A stretch of 63,975 nt of DNA, counting the filler, from Thermoplasmatota archaeon (GTDB lineage Archaea; Thermoplasmatota; E2; JACPAO01; JAHFTW01), in NCBI GenBank assembly GCA_041623215.1. It is 5 parts of 5 records of this genome, joined end to end, with 100 filler letters (N's around TTAATTAATTAA, not from the genome) between each part and the next. Parts side by side here need not be neighbours in the genome. Positions count along the whole stretch, not along the records: positions 1 to 14,834 come from JBFJXH010000037.1; 4 more parts are not named here. One strand, written 5' to 3'. Shown piece after piece: positions 1-10,320 of the stretch (its first letter is position 1; each line of letters opens with the position of its first letter). The notes below the pieces were generated by a model. It made no database searches and was not told where the DNA came from. It saw only the letters and a program-made list of their open reading frames with translations. The translations under genes and the position numbers were made by a program.

Positions 1-160
1 CGCCGCGGAGAGACTTGCCGCAGCGCGCCGCACTAGGCCCTGGTGGATTTCGCCGCCTTGATTGCGGCTCACAAACGCAGCAGCACGGTCAAGGTCACTG
101 CGGCGCGCCTGGTCGCCAGCCACGTTGCTCGCCAGCAACGCCTCCCTCTTGGCGTTGTCG

Positions 161-1732
161 TCACCGCCCGGGTCCGCCGGGCCGTGTTCGCCGCCGCAAG
201 GCCGGAAGCAACGCAGCGCCCCGGAGGCCTCGCCGCCCGTAGAGCCACGGCAACCCCTTGGCCAACACCACGTCAACGTCCCGGTCGTAGGGATACCACC
301 AGGCATCGCGGCCTCGGGCGGGAGCGGTCGCCGTGTGGCGAAGCCTTGTCAACTCCAGCAAGCCGGCCGCCCCATGGCTGCTGCCAAGGCCGCTGGCCTT
401 GACGCCACCCCAAGGTGTTTCCGTCGCGCCATACGTGTAGATGTGGTCATTGATGGTGACTGTCCCGGCGTCTAGTCGCGCGGCGATGTCGCGCGTTGCG
501 ATCCCCTTCCGGCCGCCGCCCGGACCCCACACACTAGCCGTCAAGCCGAAGGGAGAATCATTAGCCCAGGCAACCGCGTCGTCCGGCGCGTCGTAAGCCA
601 TGACGGGCAAGGTTGGTCCAAAGGTTTCCTCGCGCATACACCGCATATCGGTAGCCACATTCGTGAGGACGGTGGGCTCGACAAACCGGGGCCCTAGATC
701 GTCCCGCACGGCGCCGCCCGCAACGACTGTGGCGCCATGCCGCTCGGCATCCCGTACATGGTCAATGATTCTCTTGACCGCAGCGTCATTGATGACGGGA
801 CCCATGTCCACTGCCCCAGATTCGCCCTCACCCAGGCGGAGCTGGCGCGCTCCCTCCACCCATGCCTTTACGAGCGAATCATGGTCGGCAGCCGGCACGA
901 AAGCCCGTTCCACACTGGCACAGGTTTGCCCGGCATTGGTCATGGCAGCCCACAAGATTCCATTTGCCACCCTTTCACGATTGGCATTCTTCAATACTAT
1001 TGCGGGGTCCTTGCCGCCAAGTTCTAAGCAGCAGGGAACAAGGCGACGGCTGGCGGCCGCGGCAACCTTCTGGCCCGTGGGAACGCTGCCGGTAAACAGG
1101 ATGCCATCAACATCGCCGCCCGCCACGGCGGCACCCGCCGGGCCTGCCCCCTGCACCACCTCAACCAGGCCTTCGGGCATGCCGGCCTCGTGCAGGAGGC
1201 TCAGCAACTGGTTGGCAACGAGAGGGGTTTCTTCACTTGGCTTGAGGACAACGCCATTTCCCGCCACAATCGCTGGCAGGACCGCTGCCACAGGAATTGC
1301 AAGCGGATAATTCCACGGCGTAATTGCGGCCACCACTCCCATAGGCCGATGCTGGACCTCACTTCGATGGCCTAAGAGGAGCGGATTTCGAAATCGGCGA
1401 CGGCGAGGGGCAAGCAAGGCGCGTGCGTCGGTGGCAAGAAACCGCGCATAGTCAAGGCTGGGCAAAACGTCGGCTAGCATTGCCTCGGCCAGGGGCTTGC
1501 CAGCTTCCCGAGAAATGGTCAAGGCCATGTCGTCGCGACGAGCCAGCAAGATGCTGGCAAAGCGCCGCGCAATCTGGACCCGCTCGTCAAGGCTGACTTG
1601 GGGCCAATGCGCCTGCACGCTGCGCACATCCGAAATGGCTTGGGCGACCCTGCGCGCACCGGCGACGGGTACAGTTCCAAGTGTTTCTCCCGTCGCGGGA
1701 TTGATGCTGGCCAAGGTGGAAGCAGCCATCAT
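161..1732 (-). CDS. Aldehyde dehydrogenase family protein
   Basis: ITPWNYP, LKPSE, FTGS, ELGGKDP, GQTC (catalytic Cys), EETFGP motifs; start moved to ATG 1732, which overlaps the upstream stop (TGATG). Confidence 0.95.
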   Translation of the reverse strand: MMAASTLASINPATGETLGTVPVAGARRVAQAISDVRSVQAHWPQVSLDERVQIARRFASILLARRDDMALTISREAGKPLAEAMLADVLPSLDYARFLATDARALLAPRRRRFRNPLLLGHRSEVQHRPMGVVAAITPWNYPLAIPVAAVLPAIVAGNGVVLKPSEETPLVANQLLSLLHEAGMPEGLVEVVQGAGPAGAAVAGGDVDGILFTGSVPTGQKVAAAASRRLVPCCLELGGKDPAIVLKNANRERVANGILWAAMTNAGQTCASVERAFVPAADHDSLVKAWVEGARQLRLGEGESGAVDMGPVINDAAVKRIIDHVRDAERHGATVVAGGAVRDDLGPRFVEPTVLTNVATDMRCMREETFGPTLPVMAYDAPDDAVAWANDSPFGLTASVWGPGGGRKGIATRDIAARLDAGTVTINDHIYTYGATETPWGGVKASGLGSSHGAAGLLELTRLRHTATAPARGRDAWWYPYDRDVDVVLAKGLPWLYGRRGLRGAALLPALRRRTRPGGPGR

Positions 1733-2616
1733 CAACCCGCCCGCATGACCGGCCACCAGCGGTCGAGCTCGGTTGCCAAATCCCGCCGCGGCCACCAGTC
1801 AAGTACGCGATGCGCCCGGCTGCAATCCAGATGGCCCGTTACGTCCGGACCCTCGCTTGGCACATGTTCGATGGTAGCTCCGGTGGCTCCGGCAATGTGG
1901 TCTGCCAGCGACTGCACGGCCACCCCGCGCCCACTGCCAACGTTGAATGTCAGTCCGTCACGCCGGTCGCCACCGGGCCAGGTCCCGGCGGCCCGAATAG
2001 CACGGGCCACATCGTCAACGTGCACGAGGTCCTTGGTTTGGCGCCCATCCCCATAGACCTGAATCACACCCACTGACTCGGCTGCGCGCCCCATGGCCCC
2101 CAGCACGCCTCGGTCGGGAACGCCACCGTCGGCGCCAGGCCCGTACACGCTTGCGACGCGCAGCACGACCGTTTCAATCCCGTGCTCTTTTCCAGCACGA
2201 TGCGCCGCCTGCTCGGCAGCAAGCTTGGCTTTCCCGTACGCATCAAAGGGCGCAGGCGTTGCATCTTCCCCCAGGCCATTGCCAATGTCAGTTCCGTACA
2301 GCCGCATCGTGGAAAGAAACACCACGCGGCGTAAGCCTGCCATCGCGGCAGCCTCTAAGGCAATCTGAAACGAACGCGTATTGGCATCTTTGCAGGCACG
2401 CGGGTCCGCCTCGCACGCCTCCAAGTCCGTCAACCCAGCCATGTGAACCAGGACATTGCTCTCCCCGAGCCACATGGCTAGCTCCGCCGGCCCCCCGCCG
2501 CGAATCTCATTCTGACTGACCGTATGAAATGGTGCCCGCTCCTCTTTGAGGAGGCTTTGCAGCCGACGGCCAATGAAGCCAGAGGCTCCTGTGAGCGTCC
2601 AGTAACCGCCAGTCAT
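1732..2616 (-). CDS. NAD-dependent epimerase/dehydratase (extended SDR)
   Basis: TGASGFIG, YGKAK (YxxxK), VYGPG, GDGRQTKDLVHVDD. Confidence 0.9.
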   Translation of the reverse strand: MTGGYWTLTGASGFIGRRLQSLLKEERAPFHTVSQNEIRGGGPAELAMWLGESNVLVHMAGLTDLEACEADPRACKDANTRSFQIALEAAAMAGLRRVVFLSTMRLYGTDIGNGLGEDATPAPFDAYGKAKLAAEQAAHRAGKEHGIETVVLRVASVYGPGADGGVPDRGVLGAMGRAAESVGVIQVYGDGRQTKDLVHVDDVARAIRAAGTWPGGDRRDGLTFNVGSGRGVAVQSLADHIAGATGATIEHVPSEGPDVTGHLDCSRAHRVLDWWPRRDLATELDRWWPVMRAG

Positions 2617-3602
2617 GATTGCTCTCGGTTGCGCTGACGCCAGTCACGCACGTAGGCGCTCAAGTCGTCTACGGTGAAGAGTGGCGCATCCTGGCTGCTG
2701 TTGGCATGGTCGGCCGCCTGCACTTTGGTTCCCGGCGGATGGACGACATAGAGCCCATTCTCGAGGCTTGTTCGGCCACGCTCATGGCTGCCGACCAATT
2801 CCTCGTGACGCTTCTCATACTCATCCATGCCCAAGATGTCCACCTCAAAGTCCGACAGGGACTGGAACGCGTCCACCACATCTGCGAGCCGAAAAGCCCG
2901 CATCGGCAATACATACACCAGACCGCCGCCCGGGCGCGAGGCGGCCTCAAGGACCAGCGCCGCAGCCTCCTCAGGCGTAATGGCAAACCGCGTCACCTCA
3001 GGGTCACTTACACGGATCCGCCCATGGTCCGCAATCGCGCGGTCGAAGGCCGGAATCACGCTTCCACGTGTTCCAAGCACATTGCCAAACCGCACGCACA
3101 CGCATCGCAGTCCACCGGCGCTTGCTTCGTCCCCCGTGCTGGCGTCATCCGAGCCGAGCGTCAGCTTTTCTGCCAGATGTTTCGTAGCTCCCATTGTATT
3201 GGCGGGGTCAACTGCCTTGTCCGTACTTACAAGAACGAACCGCTTGGCCCCCGCCCGGCGCGCTGCGTCGATGACCACTTGCGTCCCCAGGATGTTCGTT
3301 TTCACCGCCTCCGTGGGATTATCCTCACAAATGGCCACGTGCTTGAGGGCGGCGGCGTGCAGCACAATGTCAACGGGGCGAAGGAACGCCCGCGCGACAC
3401 TTTCTGCGTCCCGCACGTCGCCAATGACGAAGGAAACGGGTGCTCCTTCTAGGGCCCGCTGCAAGTAGAAGTGTTTGGAGTCGTCGCGACTGAACACGGT
3501 GACGTGCGCGGCGCCGGCCTCTAGACACTGGCGGACCAAGTGGGCGCCGATGCTTCCCGTGCCGCCGGTCACCAGGATGCGCTTGCCGGAGATGCCTTCC
3601 AT
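2613..3602 (-). CDS. Polysaccharide biosynthesis protein, CapD/PseB-like nucleotide-sugar 4,6-dehydratase
   Basis: TGGTGSIG, HAAALKHV, STDKAV, MGATK, RFGNVLGTRGSVIP; start at ATG 3602 with a TATA-like box ~27 bp upstream. Confidence 0.92.
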   Translation of the reverse strand: MEGISGKRILVTGGTGSIGAHLVRQCLEAGAAHVTVFSRDDSKHFYLQRALEGAPVSFVIGDVRDAESVARAFLRPVDIVLHAAALKHVAICEDNPTEAVKTNILGTQVVIDAARRAGAKRFVLVSTDKAVDPANTMGATKHLAEKLTLGSDDASTGDEASAGGLRCVCVRFGNVLGTRGSVIPAFDRAIADHGRIRVSDPEVTRFAITPEEAAALVLEAASRPGGGLVYVLPMRAFRLADVVDAFQSLSDFEVDILGMDEYEKRHEELVGSHERGRTSLENGLYVVHPPGTKVQAADHANSSQDAPLFTVDDLSAYVRDWRQRNREQS

Positions 3603-3666
3603 GCACGCCGAGGCATGCAACTGCTTATGGGGTTGATTGTCCCCAGCTTGCCGTCCATGCTTCCGC

Positions 3667-4806
3667 TCAACGCAGCAGTTGATTGGCTATGACCAAACGC
3701 TGCACTTCACTCGTGCCCTCGTAAATCTCCGTGACTTTGGCATCCCGCATGAGACGCTCGACAGGATAATCGGTCGTATACCCGTTGCCGCCATGAATCT
3801 GAACGGCTTCGATGGTGGCCCAGGTCGCTGTTTCGCTAGCAAATAGCTTGGCTCGACTGCCCATTTCCGGCGTGAGGGTGCCGGCGTCCTGCTCGGCCGC
3901 AGCCCTCAGGTAGAGTAAGCGGGCTGCTTCGATGCGGGTATCCATGTCAGCCAGCTTCCATTGAATCGCTTGGTTGGCACCAATGGGTTTGCCAAATTGG
4001 TGCCGCTCCTGGGCGTAGCTGCGCGATTCGTCAAAGGCGCGTTGTGCTATGCCGACCGCCTGGGCCCCAATGCTGATTCGGCTGCCATTCAATGTGTGCA
4101 TGAGCTGCTTGAAGCCGTCGCCTTCGCCCCCCAGCAATTGCGTTGCCGGGACTCGCATGTCCGTGAAACTGATGCGGGCCGTATCAGATCCGTGGAGACC
4201 CAGTTTTTCTTCGGCCCCATCCTTGCCAAATCCGGGAGTACTGGTGTCAACAGCAAACAAGCTGAGTCCGCGATGGCCGGCCGAGGGATCGGTTTTTGCC
4301 GCTACAATCGCGCTGCCGGCGTGATTGCCGTTGGTGATGAATACCTTGGAGCCGTTGATGACATACTCATCGCCATCACGAACCGCGGTGGTCTGAAGGC
4401 CTGCAACGTCGCTGCCGGCCCCTGGCTCCGTCAGCGCAAAGCAGCCGAGCCACTCGCCGCTGGCAAGGCGCGGGAGGAAATGCTCCTTGGTTTCTTCGGT
4501 GGCCCAGTTGACAATCGGTGAAGCAGCGACCGACGTGTGGACCGCCACGGTAACGCTAGTTGACGCGCACGCCCACGCTAGTTCTTCGAGTAGCAGATTA
4601 TAGGCTACCTTCGAGATTAGTGTCCCCTGATATTGCTCGGGGATGGTTGGACCCATCATACCAAGCGCCGCCAGTTCCTTCAACGTCTCATGCGGGAACG
4701 CGCCGGTACGGTCTAGGTGCTCGGCACGGTCCGCAACGACACCGCGGGCAAACTCGCGCACCGTCTTGCGTATGAGTTCATCCTGGTCCGACAAGCGGAA
4801 ATCCAT
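3667..4806 (-). CDS. Acyl-CoA dehydrogenase
   Basis: MDFRLS start, [47 protein letters not shown]. Confidence 0.96.
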   Translation of the reverse strand: MDFRLSDQDELIRKTVREFARGVVADRAEHLDRTGAFPHETLKELAALGMMGPTIPEQYQGTLISKVAYNLLLEELAWACASTSVTVAVHTSVAASPIVNWATEETKEHFLPRLASGEWLGCFALTEPGAGSDVAGLQTTAVRDGDEYVINGSKVFITNGNHAGSAIVAAKTDPSAGHRGLSLFAVDTSTPGFGKDGAEEKLGLHGSDTARISFTDMRVPATQLLGGEGDGFKQLMHTLNGSRISIGAQAVGIAQRAFDESRSYAQERHQFGKPIGANQAIQWKLADMDTRIEAARLLYLRAAAEQDAGTLTPEMGSRAKLFASETATWATIEAVQIHGGNGYTTDYPVERLMRDAKVTEIYEGTSEVQRLVIANQLLR

Positions 4807-5219
4807 GGGTTGGCGAGCCGGCGATTGGTCATAAGGGTCGCCGCGCAGCCGCCAACCGATATGGGACCACCGTCCGGAAGGACAAACGCCCAGCAAGTAA
4901 GCGGCGAGGGTATGGTCTCACAAGCATGCCACGAGCCAATGGTTCCGGCGGCCGTCGGGCGCGTGACGGGGCCTGATTTCCAAGGCATGGCAGCGGGAAC
5001 GTGGACGTTTACGCCGCCATCGCTGCGCTTGCCGCAGTGGACGCCGCCAGCGCCCGAGCCATCCCCCCCACCGTGGTTTCGTTTGTACTGTGGCGCAACA
5101 ATGGCATCATCCCAGATACCCTGACCGATTTGGTCGATGGGGACTAGCCCGCCCACTGGATAACCCTCGACGCGCATGCCGTCCAGTAAGACCAAACCCG
5201 GCTGCGCCGTCGACGACCT

Positions 5220-6557
5220 ATGCGTGCGAGTCTCATCGCAGCAGTCGTCGTGGCCGCCGCTGCCGCCATTGTTTGGGGCATTGGGCTACCCGATGCCGAC
5301 GGCCCCGACGAGTCCGTGCAGCGAGCCATTTGGCACCCAGACGGCACCGTGACTTTCACGGACCGGTTCTGCGGCGACTGCCATTACGGCCTCACCGAGA
5401 TGTGGCGCGCCGACTGGACCTTGAATGACAGCAACTGGACGCTTGCTGTGCAGCCCGCGTACCAGGAGGCACCCTTGTACGCAGTTCATGCGGTGCCATC
5501 GGGCGTGAATCCGGTACTCTGGGAATCCGGTGCCGTGACTTTCGACTGGAACTTGGGACAGGCGTGGGTGACGACCTTCGAAGTCTCCGATGGAGCCGGT
5601 GCCGTCTTCGCCCGCGTGCATGGAACAAGCTCGCTGCCTCGCGAAACCGACATCCTGGAATCCAGGCGCCACCAATACGTCACAGCGCTGCGTCTCATCG
5701 GCCCGGACGGCACAGCCCACGACGCGGCTGGTCCCGAAGACGACGTGAAGCTCATCACCATCCGCGACCCCGCCGCGGGCACATGGACGATGGAAGCGAC
5801 GCTCTTGGGTGGCGACGCCCCCCGCGCCATTGGCACGGCCTTCATGGAGGTGCTCGCGGGCAACGTTACAACGGTGCTCGCGGAGACCACAGACGTGGCC
5901 AACTGGACGTGGCCAGCGGGCCCCCAAGGCGAGCCCCCCGAAGTTACGCTTCGGTTGCAGCCGTACCATGACCATGGGCCATACCAGCACACGGACTGGG
6001 ACCTGTACGACTCCAGTCCCTTCACCATCCAGTACGCCCCAAGGGCCGGTCCCGCACCCGCGCCTCCATCCTGGAACGCCACCGCCGTCAACGCCATATG
6101 GGGCGACATCGCCGAGACTGTGGTGTTGGATCGAACGGGTCGTTTCACAGATGCATACATCCAGGAGCCAGGCCACAATGACGCCGGCTTTGGCAGCAGC
6201 TACCCTGCCTTCGGGCCCACAGGTTCTCCGGTCTGGCCAGGCACCGCATTCGTCCGATTCGAGATGACGTGGACGGGCAACGACGACGCACCCATGATGG
6301 TCAAGTTCAGTCCCCATGGCACCCCGTACTTCTTCCAACCCCGCGAAGTCGAACGGGGCCCCGGCCGCGCGGTCTGGGAGATGCCGGTACAACCGTCGTG
6401 GTGGGAAGCCCCTGACCAGACCCGCACGCACGGCCACGGCGGCGAACTGGGCGAACCCACCAGCGACTGGGATATCGCCCCCTATCTAGCATACGCCAAC
6501 CAAGATTTGGTCGTGGGTGACGTGGCGTGGAGACTGACGGTGACAGCCGTGCGGTGA
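5220..6557 (+). CDS. Secreted/membrane-anchored protein of unknown function with a single CxxCH motif
   Basis: 445-aa ORF, hydrophobic N-terminus, FCGDCHY near N-terminus, PPC-like segment DPAAGTWTMEA. Confidence 0.75.
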   Translation: MRASLIAAVVVAAAAAIVWGIGLPDADGPDESVQRAIWHPDGTVTFTDRFCGDCHYGLTEMWRADWTLNDSNWTLAVQPAYQEAPLYAVHAVPSGVNPVLWESGAVTFDWNLGQAWVTTFEVSDGAGAVFARVHGTSSLPRETDILESRRHQYVTALRLIGPDGTAHDAAGPEDDVKLITIRDPAAGTWTMEATLLGGDAPRAIGTAFMEVLAGNVTTVLAETTDVANWTWPAGPQGEPPEVTLRLQPYHDHGPYQHTDWDLYDSSPFTIQYAPRAGPAPAPPSWNATAVNAIWGDIAETVVLDRTGRFTDAYIQEPGHNDAGFGSSYPAFGPTGSPVWPGTAFVRFEMTWTGNDDAPMMVKFSPHGTPYFFQPREVERGPGRAVWEMPVQPSWWEAPDQTRTHGHGGELGEPTSDWDIAPYLAYANQDLVVGDVAWRLTVTAVR

Positions 6558-6642
6558 AGGTGGACCGCCCCTCTTCCGTTAGGCTAAGATGGCTACATCT
6601 GGCCAAGGGTGGAAGGCGGCGGAGCCCTCGCGCTCCTAGGTT

Positions 6643-7632
6643 TCAGCGTAGGACCACGGTGTGTTCATTCGTCGTGCCATCGCCAAGGTCAATGCACAAT
6701 ACGTAGGTTCCGCCGGCCAAGCCGCGCGTATCCCAATTGAAGATGTATTGGTCGTCCTCTGCGTCGTACCGGAACAGGCTTCCATCGGTGCTGGCCGCGC
6801 GACTTGTTGCGTCCATCTTGAGGGAGGTGCCGTCCAGGCGGTAACTTAGAGTCGCTGTGGCATCCGTGATACCAGCGCTGTCGCCATCCAGTTGGAATCG
6901 GACAGGCAGCGTTCGGCCAACCTTGTAGGAGTCCTTCTTGCCACTGCTCGGAACGTCGAAGTCGCTCCAATCGTACGTCACTGTGACGGTGAAGGTGTCT
7001 GTTGCACTGTTGCCGCTCGCGTCGGCTGCCGTGCAGGTGACAGTCGTGGCCCCGAGGGCGAAGGTGCTACCACTGGGCGGTTCGCACGCCACGGTGGGGT
7101 TGGGGTCTTGGTCGTCCGTAGCGCTGACTTGATACTCAACGACCGCGCCACTGCTACTCGTGGCATGGACGCTGATGTCACCGGGCAAGATTAACGTCGG
7201 CGGGGTCGTGTCGCTAGCGGCGGTCACCGTCAACGTGAACTTGGCGGAATTTGTGTTGTACGAGCCGGGGCCAGCATCGCTTACGGAGACCGTGATATCA
7301 TACGCTCCAGGCGTATTGCTGCTGAAGGCGACGCCTTGCGAACTGGAACAGTCCGTGAAGACCAATGAGCCCGGCGATGCCGTGACGCCAGCCGGGGCAT
7401 TGATGGTCACGGTGGCGCTGCTGCCGTCGCTGGCATTGCAGCCGGCTTGGCCGTCGCCGCTTCCTTTGGGGCCGTGAAGGTTGTATTGAACCGTCGTGCT
7501 GCCGCCAGCGGGAATCGTATCATTCGTGCCTGCTACCACATCGTTCTGGACATTGTCGGCCACGGCGAAGCCGGCAGAAGCGAGCAGGACTAGCATAGAC
7601 AGGATGGCCACGCGGCCGACTCGAAGCATCAT
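6643..7632 (-). CDS. Secreted HYR-domain and PxKF-like domain protein
   Basis: Signal peptide ending AVA; HYR motif DTTPPTL...SGSTFALGATTVTCTAADASGN; C-terminal KVGRTLPVRFQL...YIFNWDT. Confidence 0.85.
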   Translation of the reverse strand: MMLRVGRVAILSMLVLLASAGFAVADNVQNDVVAGTNDTIPAGGSTTVQYNLHGPKGSGDGQAGCNASDGSSATVTINAPAGVTASPGSLVFTDCSSSQGVAFSSNTPGAYDITVSVSDAGPGSYNTNSAKFTLTVTAASDTTPPTLILPGDISVHATSSSGAVVEYQVSATDDQDPNPTVACEPPSGSTFALGATTVTCTAADASGNSATDTFTVTVTYDWSDFDVPSSGKKDSYKVGRTLPVRFQLDGDSAGITDATATLSYRLDGTSLKMDATSRAASTDGSLFRYDAEDDQYIFNWDTRGLAGGTYVLCIDLGDGTTNEHTVVLR

Positions 7633-7693
7633 GGGGCCTCAAAAAGCACCAGTAGGGCGCCTGGCTTTCAACGTTGCCCGTCTCTACGGCCGT

Positions 7694-8647
7694 GTGACCA
7701 AGCCCAGGGCACCCGTTCGCATCGCCACCCCGGTCCCATTCCCGCTGAAAACCGCAAACAGTTGGTTGTTCCCCGGTGCGGAGCCTTTGCTGGTGGATTG
7801 CGGCATTGGCACAAGCCTGGCCTACCAGACCTTGTTGGATGGCGTGCGCGCCACCGCCACCGACCTGACGCGCCTTCGCCTGGTCATTACGCACGGACAC
7901 GTGGACCATGCGGGTAACGCCGGACGGCTCAAGCGAGACCACGGGATTCCGCTGGTGGCACATCCTGGCGAGGCGCCGTTCGTGGAAACCTTTCGTCAAA
8001 ACTCTGAGCCGCGAAATGACGACTACCATGCCGCTTTGCTTTCCAACGGCTTGCCTGCGGCTACCGCCAAAGCGATGCGGGCAGACAGTGACGCGATTGA
8101 CGCCTTCCTCGATGACACACCGATTGACGAAACCGTGCTTGACGGCGACACCATCCAGGCCGGCGACGGAGAATTAGCTGTCGAACATGTGCCCGGCCAC
8201 ACACCGGGCAGCGTCCTACTGCATGTTGATGACAACGTGGTGCTGACGGGCGACACGTTGTTGGAGTCCATTACCAGCAACGCCATCGAGCTTCGACACG
8301 AAGAGCACGGCAGCTTCCATCGCTATTTGCAGCGCGTCGAAGACATGCGCCGCTATGTGGATTGCCAAGCCTTGCCGGGCCACCATAGCCCGTTCACGAT
8401 TACGGATGATGTGCTGGATCGCCAACTTGATCGGCACCGCTCGCGACGGGCCACCATCCTGGACGCCTTGGACCGACCGCGAACCGCCTGGGACCTCATG
8501 GGCATTGTCTTCCCCAACCTGAACGAAGAGGCCCAATGGTTCATGGCCATGAGCGAGTTGGTTGGCCACTTGCACGCTTTGGAGATTGACGGATTCGCAC
8601 GACGCGTGCCCGGCGCCGGCGAGCTTCACCGCTATCAACGCGCGTGA
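7694..8647 (+). CDS. MBL-fold metallo-hydrolase
   Basis: THGHVDHAG, PGHTPG, TGD, LPGH motifs; start set at GTG 7694 to avoid overlap with the divergent gene. Confidence 0.9.
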   Translation: MTKPRAPVRIATPVPFPLKTANSWLFPGAEPLLVDCGIGTSLAYQTLLDGVRATATDLTRLRLVITHGHVDHAGNAGRLKRDHGIPLVAHPGEAPFVETFRQNSEPRNDDYHAALLSNGLPAATAKAMRADSDAIDAFLDDTPIDETVLDGDTIQAGDGELAVEHVPGHTPGSVLLHVDDNVVLTGDTLLESITSNAIELRHEEHGSFHRYLQRVEDMRRYVDCQALPGHHSPFTITDDVLDRQLDRHRSRRATILDALDRPRTAWDLMGIVFPNLNEEAQWFMAMSELVGHLHALEIDGFARRVPGAGELHRYQRA

Positions 8648-8735
8648 CCTGACCCGAACGGCCTTGCAAACTGCTCCAGCGTTCTTGCGACGTCGTCGCC
8701 AAGGACCTCATGTAGGCCGCGGCCATGGCGATTGT

Positions 8736-9677
8736 ATGCGTATCCTATTGCTCCTGGTGGCTGCCGCTTTGCTGGCTGGGTGCACCGCGCCCAATGATGC
8801 GTGGCCGGGGGACGGTCGATGCGAAGCGAGCAGCTGGTTTGCCCACGGCACGCTCGACAACGGCGCGGAGTGGTTCAATGCCAGTGCATCGTCACGGGCC
8901 AGCGGCTGGACCCAACAAGACCCCGCCCCCGGCATTCCCCTTACTGGGTCGGCGCTGGGCAAGCATTGGCATGAGGCCAACCTTACGGCCATCAAGTGGT
9001 ATCCAGACGGGTTACCTTCTGGCTCCCAGCAGGAGTTTGGTTGGACCTCGGAGGGCGGCGCGGTCGTGTCTCCCATCATCTGGCAGGCACTCGGCACACA
9101 CACGGGGCTGGCCATCGCCACAACCTATCCCGAGTCGGCTGACCAAGAGGTCTTCCAGGCGGCCGCTTTCACATTCCTTGAGGCCATCCACGCCGGCCCA
9201 CGCCAAGACCACGAGGCGCTTGCCTCCGAGCTTTGGGAAACACGAGTGACGCGCCCGATGGCCGCAGTGACGCCGTCGGAAGCGGATGGCGAGACCACCC
9301 ACTCGCCTTCTCCCGTGGGCGGCATGTTATACGAATTCAGCACGCATCTGACCGGGCCCTGGCGATGGTCCCATCTGTTGCCGTCAGACGATGTTTGGCA
9401 TGGCCAAGCCCATATCGCCTGGCACCAAGACGGCGAGTGGAACGTCACCGCCCACTTAGTCAGCAAGTCTCTGCGGAGCGAGGAAACCGGTTTGCCGAAG
9501 TGGCAGGTGGCCATTGACGGGCGCGGCATGCTGGAGGCGCATTACTATGCTCAGACTCCGGCGGCTGAAGGGCAAGCGGAGCAGTGGCTCAACGAGACGT
9601 TGATGGCACACGGCGCCCGCCTCCATTCCATCAACCAAGTCTGGGAGCAGGCCGATGGTTTCGCCTTTGCATGCTGA
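8736..9677 (+). CDS. Hypothetical lipoprotein
   Basis: MRILLLLVAAALLAGC lipobox; TATA-like CTCATGTAGG ~29 bp upstream. Confidence 0.75.
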   Translation: MRILLLLVAAALLAGCTAPNDAWPGDGRCEASSWFAHGTLDNGAEWFNASASSRASGWTQQDPAPGIPLTGSALGKHWHEANLTAIKWYPDGLPSGSQQEFGWTSEGGAVVSPIIWQALGTHTGLAIATTYPESADQEVFQAAAFTFLEAIHAGPRQDHEALASELWETRVTRPMAAVTPSEADGETTHSPSPVGGMLYEFSTHLTGPWRWSHLLPSDDVWHGQAHIAWHQDGEWNVTAHLVSKSLRSEETGLPKWQVAIDGRGMLEAHYYAQTPAAEGQAEQWLNETLMAHGARLHSINQVWEQADGFAFAC

Positions 9678-10302
9678 TGGCCCCAAATCGTTGCCCCTGC
9701 TACGGGAAGCCATAGCCCACTGGGACGGGACGGACGCCCTCTTGGCAAGCCTCGCCCGGGAATACCCACCCGTGGCCGATGACGGCGACTCCCAGGATGC
9801 GTTTGCATCGCTTTGCAGCGCCATCATCCATCAACAAGTGAGCCTCGCGGCGGGGCGCACGATTGCAGGGCGTTTCCTCGAGGCGGTCGGGGGCCATGTG
9901 ACTCCTCAAGCGGTGGAAAAAGCGGGCTTCGATACCCTACGGTCCGCCGGACTATCGAATGCCAAGGCCACCTATGTTCTCGATTTGGCCGCGCACGCCG
10001 CCAGCGGGGCCCTAGACAATTTGGGACCCCAATCCGACGCCGAGGTCATTGAGCAACTGACCAAGGTGAAGGGCATCGGCACCTGGTCGGCCAAGATGTT
10101 TCTCCTGTTCCACCTTCAACGCCCGGACGTTTGCCCGTGGGAAGACCTAGGGGTTCGCCTCGCTGTTGCCCAGTTCTATGGCAGCACCGAGAAAGATGCC
10201 GCCCGCTTGCTTCAAGACGATTTGAGCCAGCGGTGGGCGCCGTACAATTCGTTGGCGGCGATGGTCTTGTGGAACGCGCGGCGTGCCGTAGCCGACGCGT
10301 GA
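9655..10302 (+). CDS. alkA: DNA-3-methyladenine glycosylase II (AlkA family)
   Basis: IIHQQVS, GLSNAKA, HhH motif LTKVKGIGTWSA, catalytic D in EDLGVR, WAPY; start could be TTG 9667. Confidence 0.9.
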   Translation: MVSPLHADGPKSLPLLREAIAHWDGTDALLASLAREYPPVADDGDSQDAFASLCSAIIHQQVSLAAGRTIAGRFLEAVGGHVTPQAVEKAGFDTLRSAGLSNAKATYVLDLAAHAASGALDNLGPQSDAEVIEQLTKVKGIGTWSAKMFLLFHLQRPDVCPWEDLGVRLAVAQFYGSTEKDAARLLQDDLSQRWAPYNSLAAMVLWNARRAVADA

Positions 10303-10320
10303 GTCCCAGCCGGCGCGTAG

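Noticed and set aside
1..160. Possible minus-strand gene fragment at the window start (frame reading ...DDNAKREALLASNVAGDQARR...)
   Set aside because: No clear start codon or recognisable motif; too short to support
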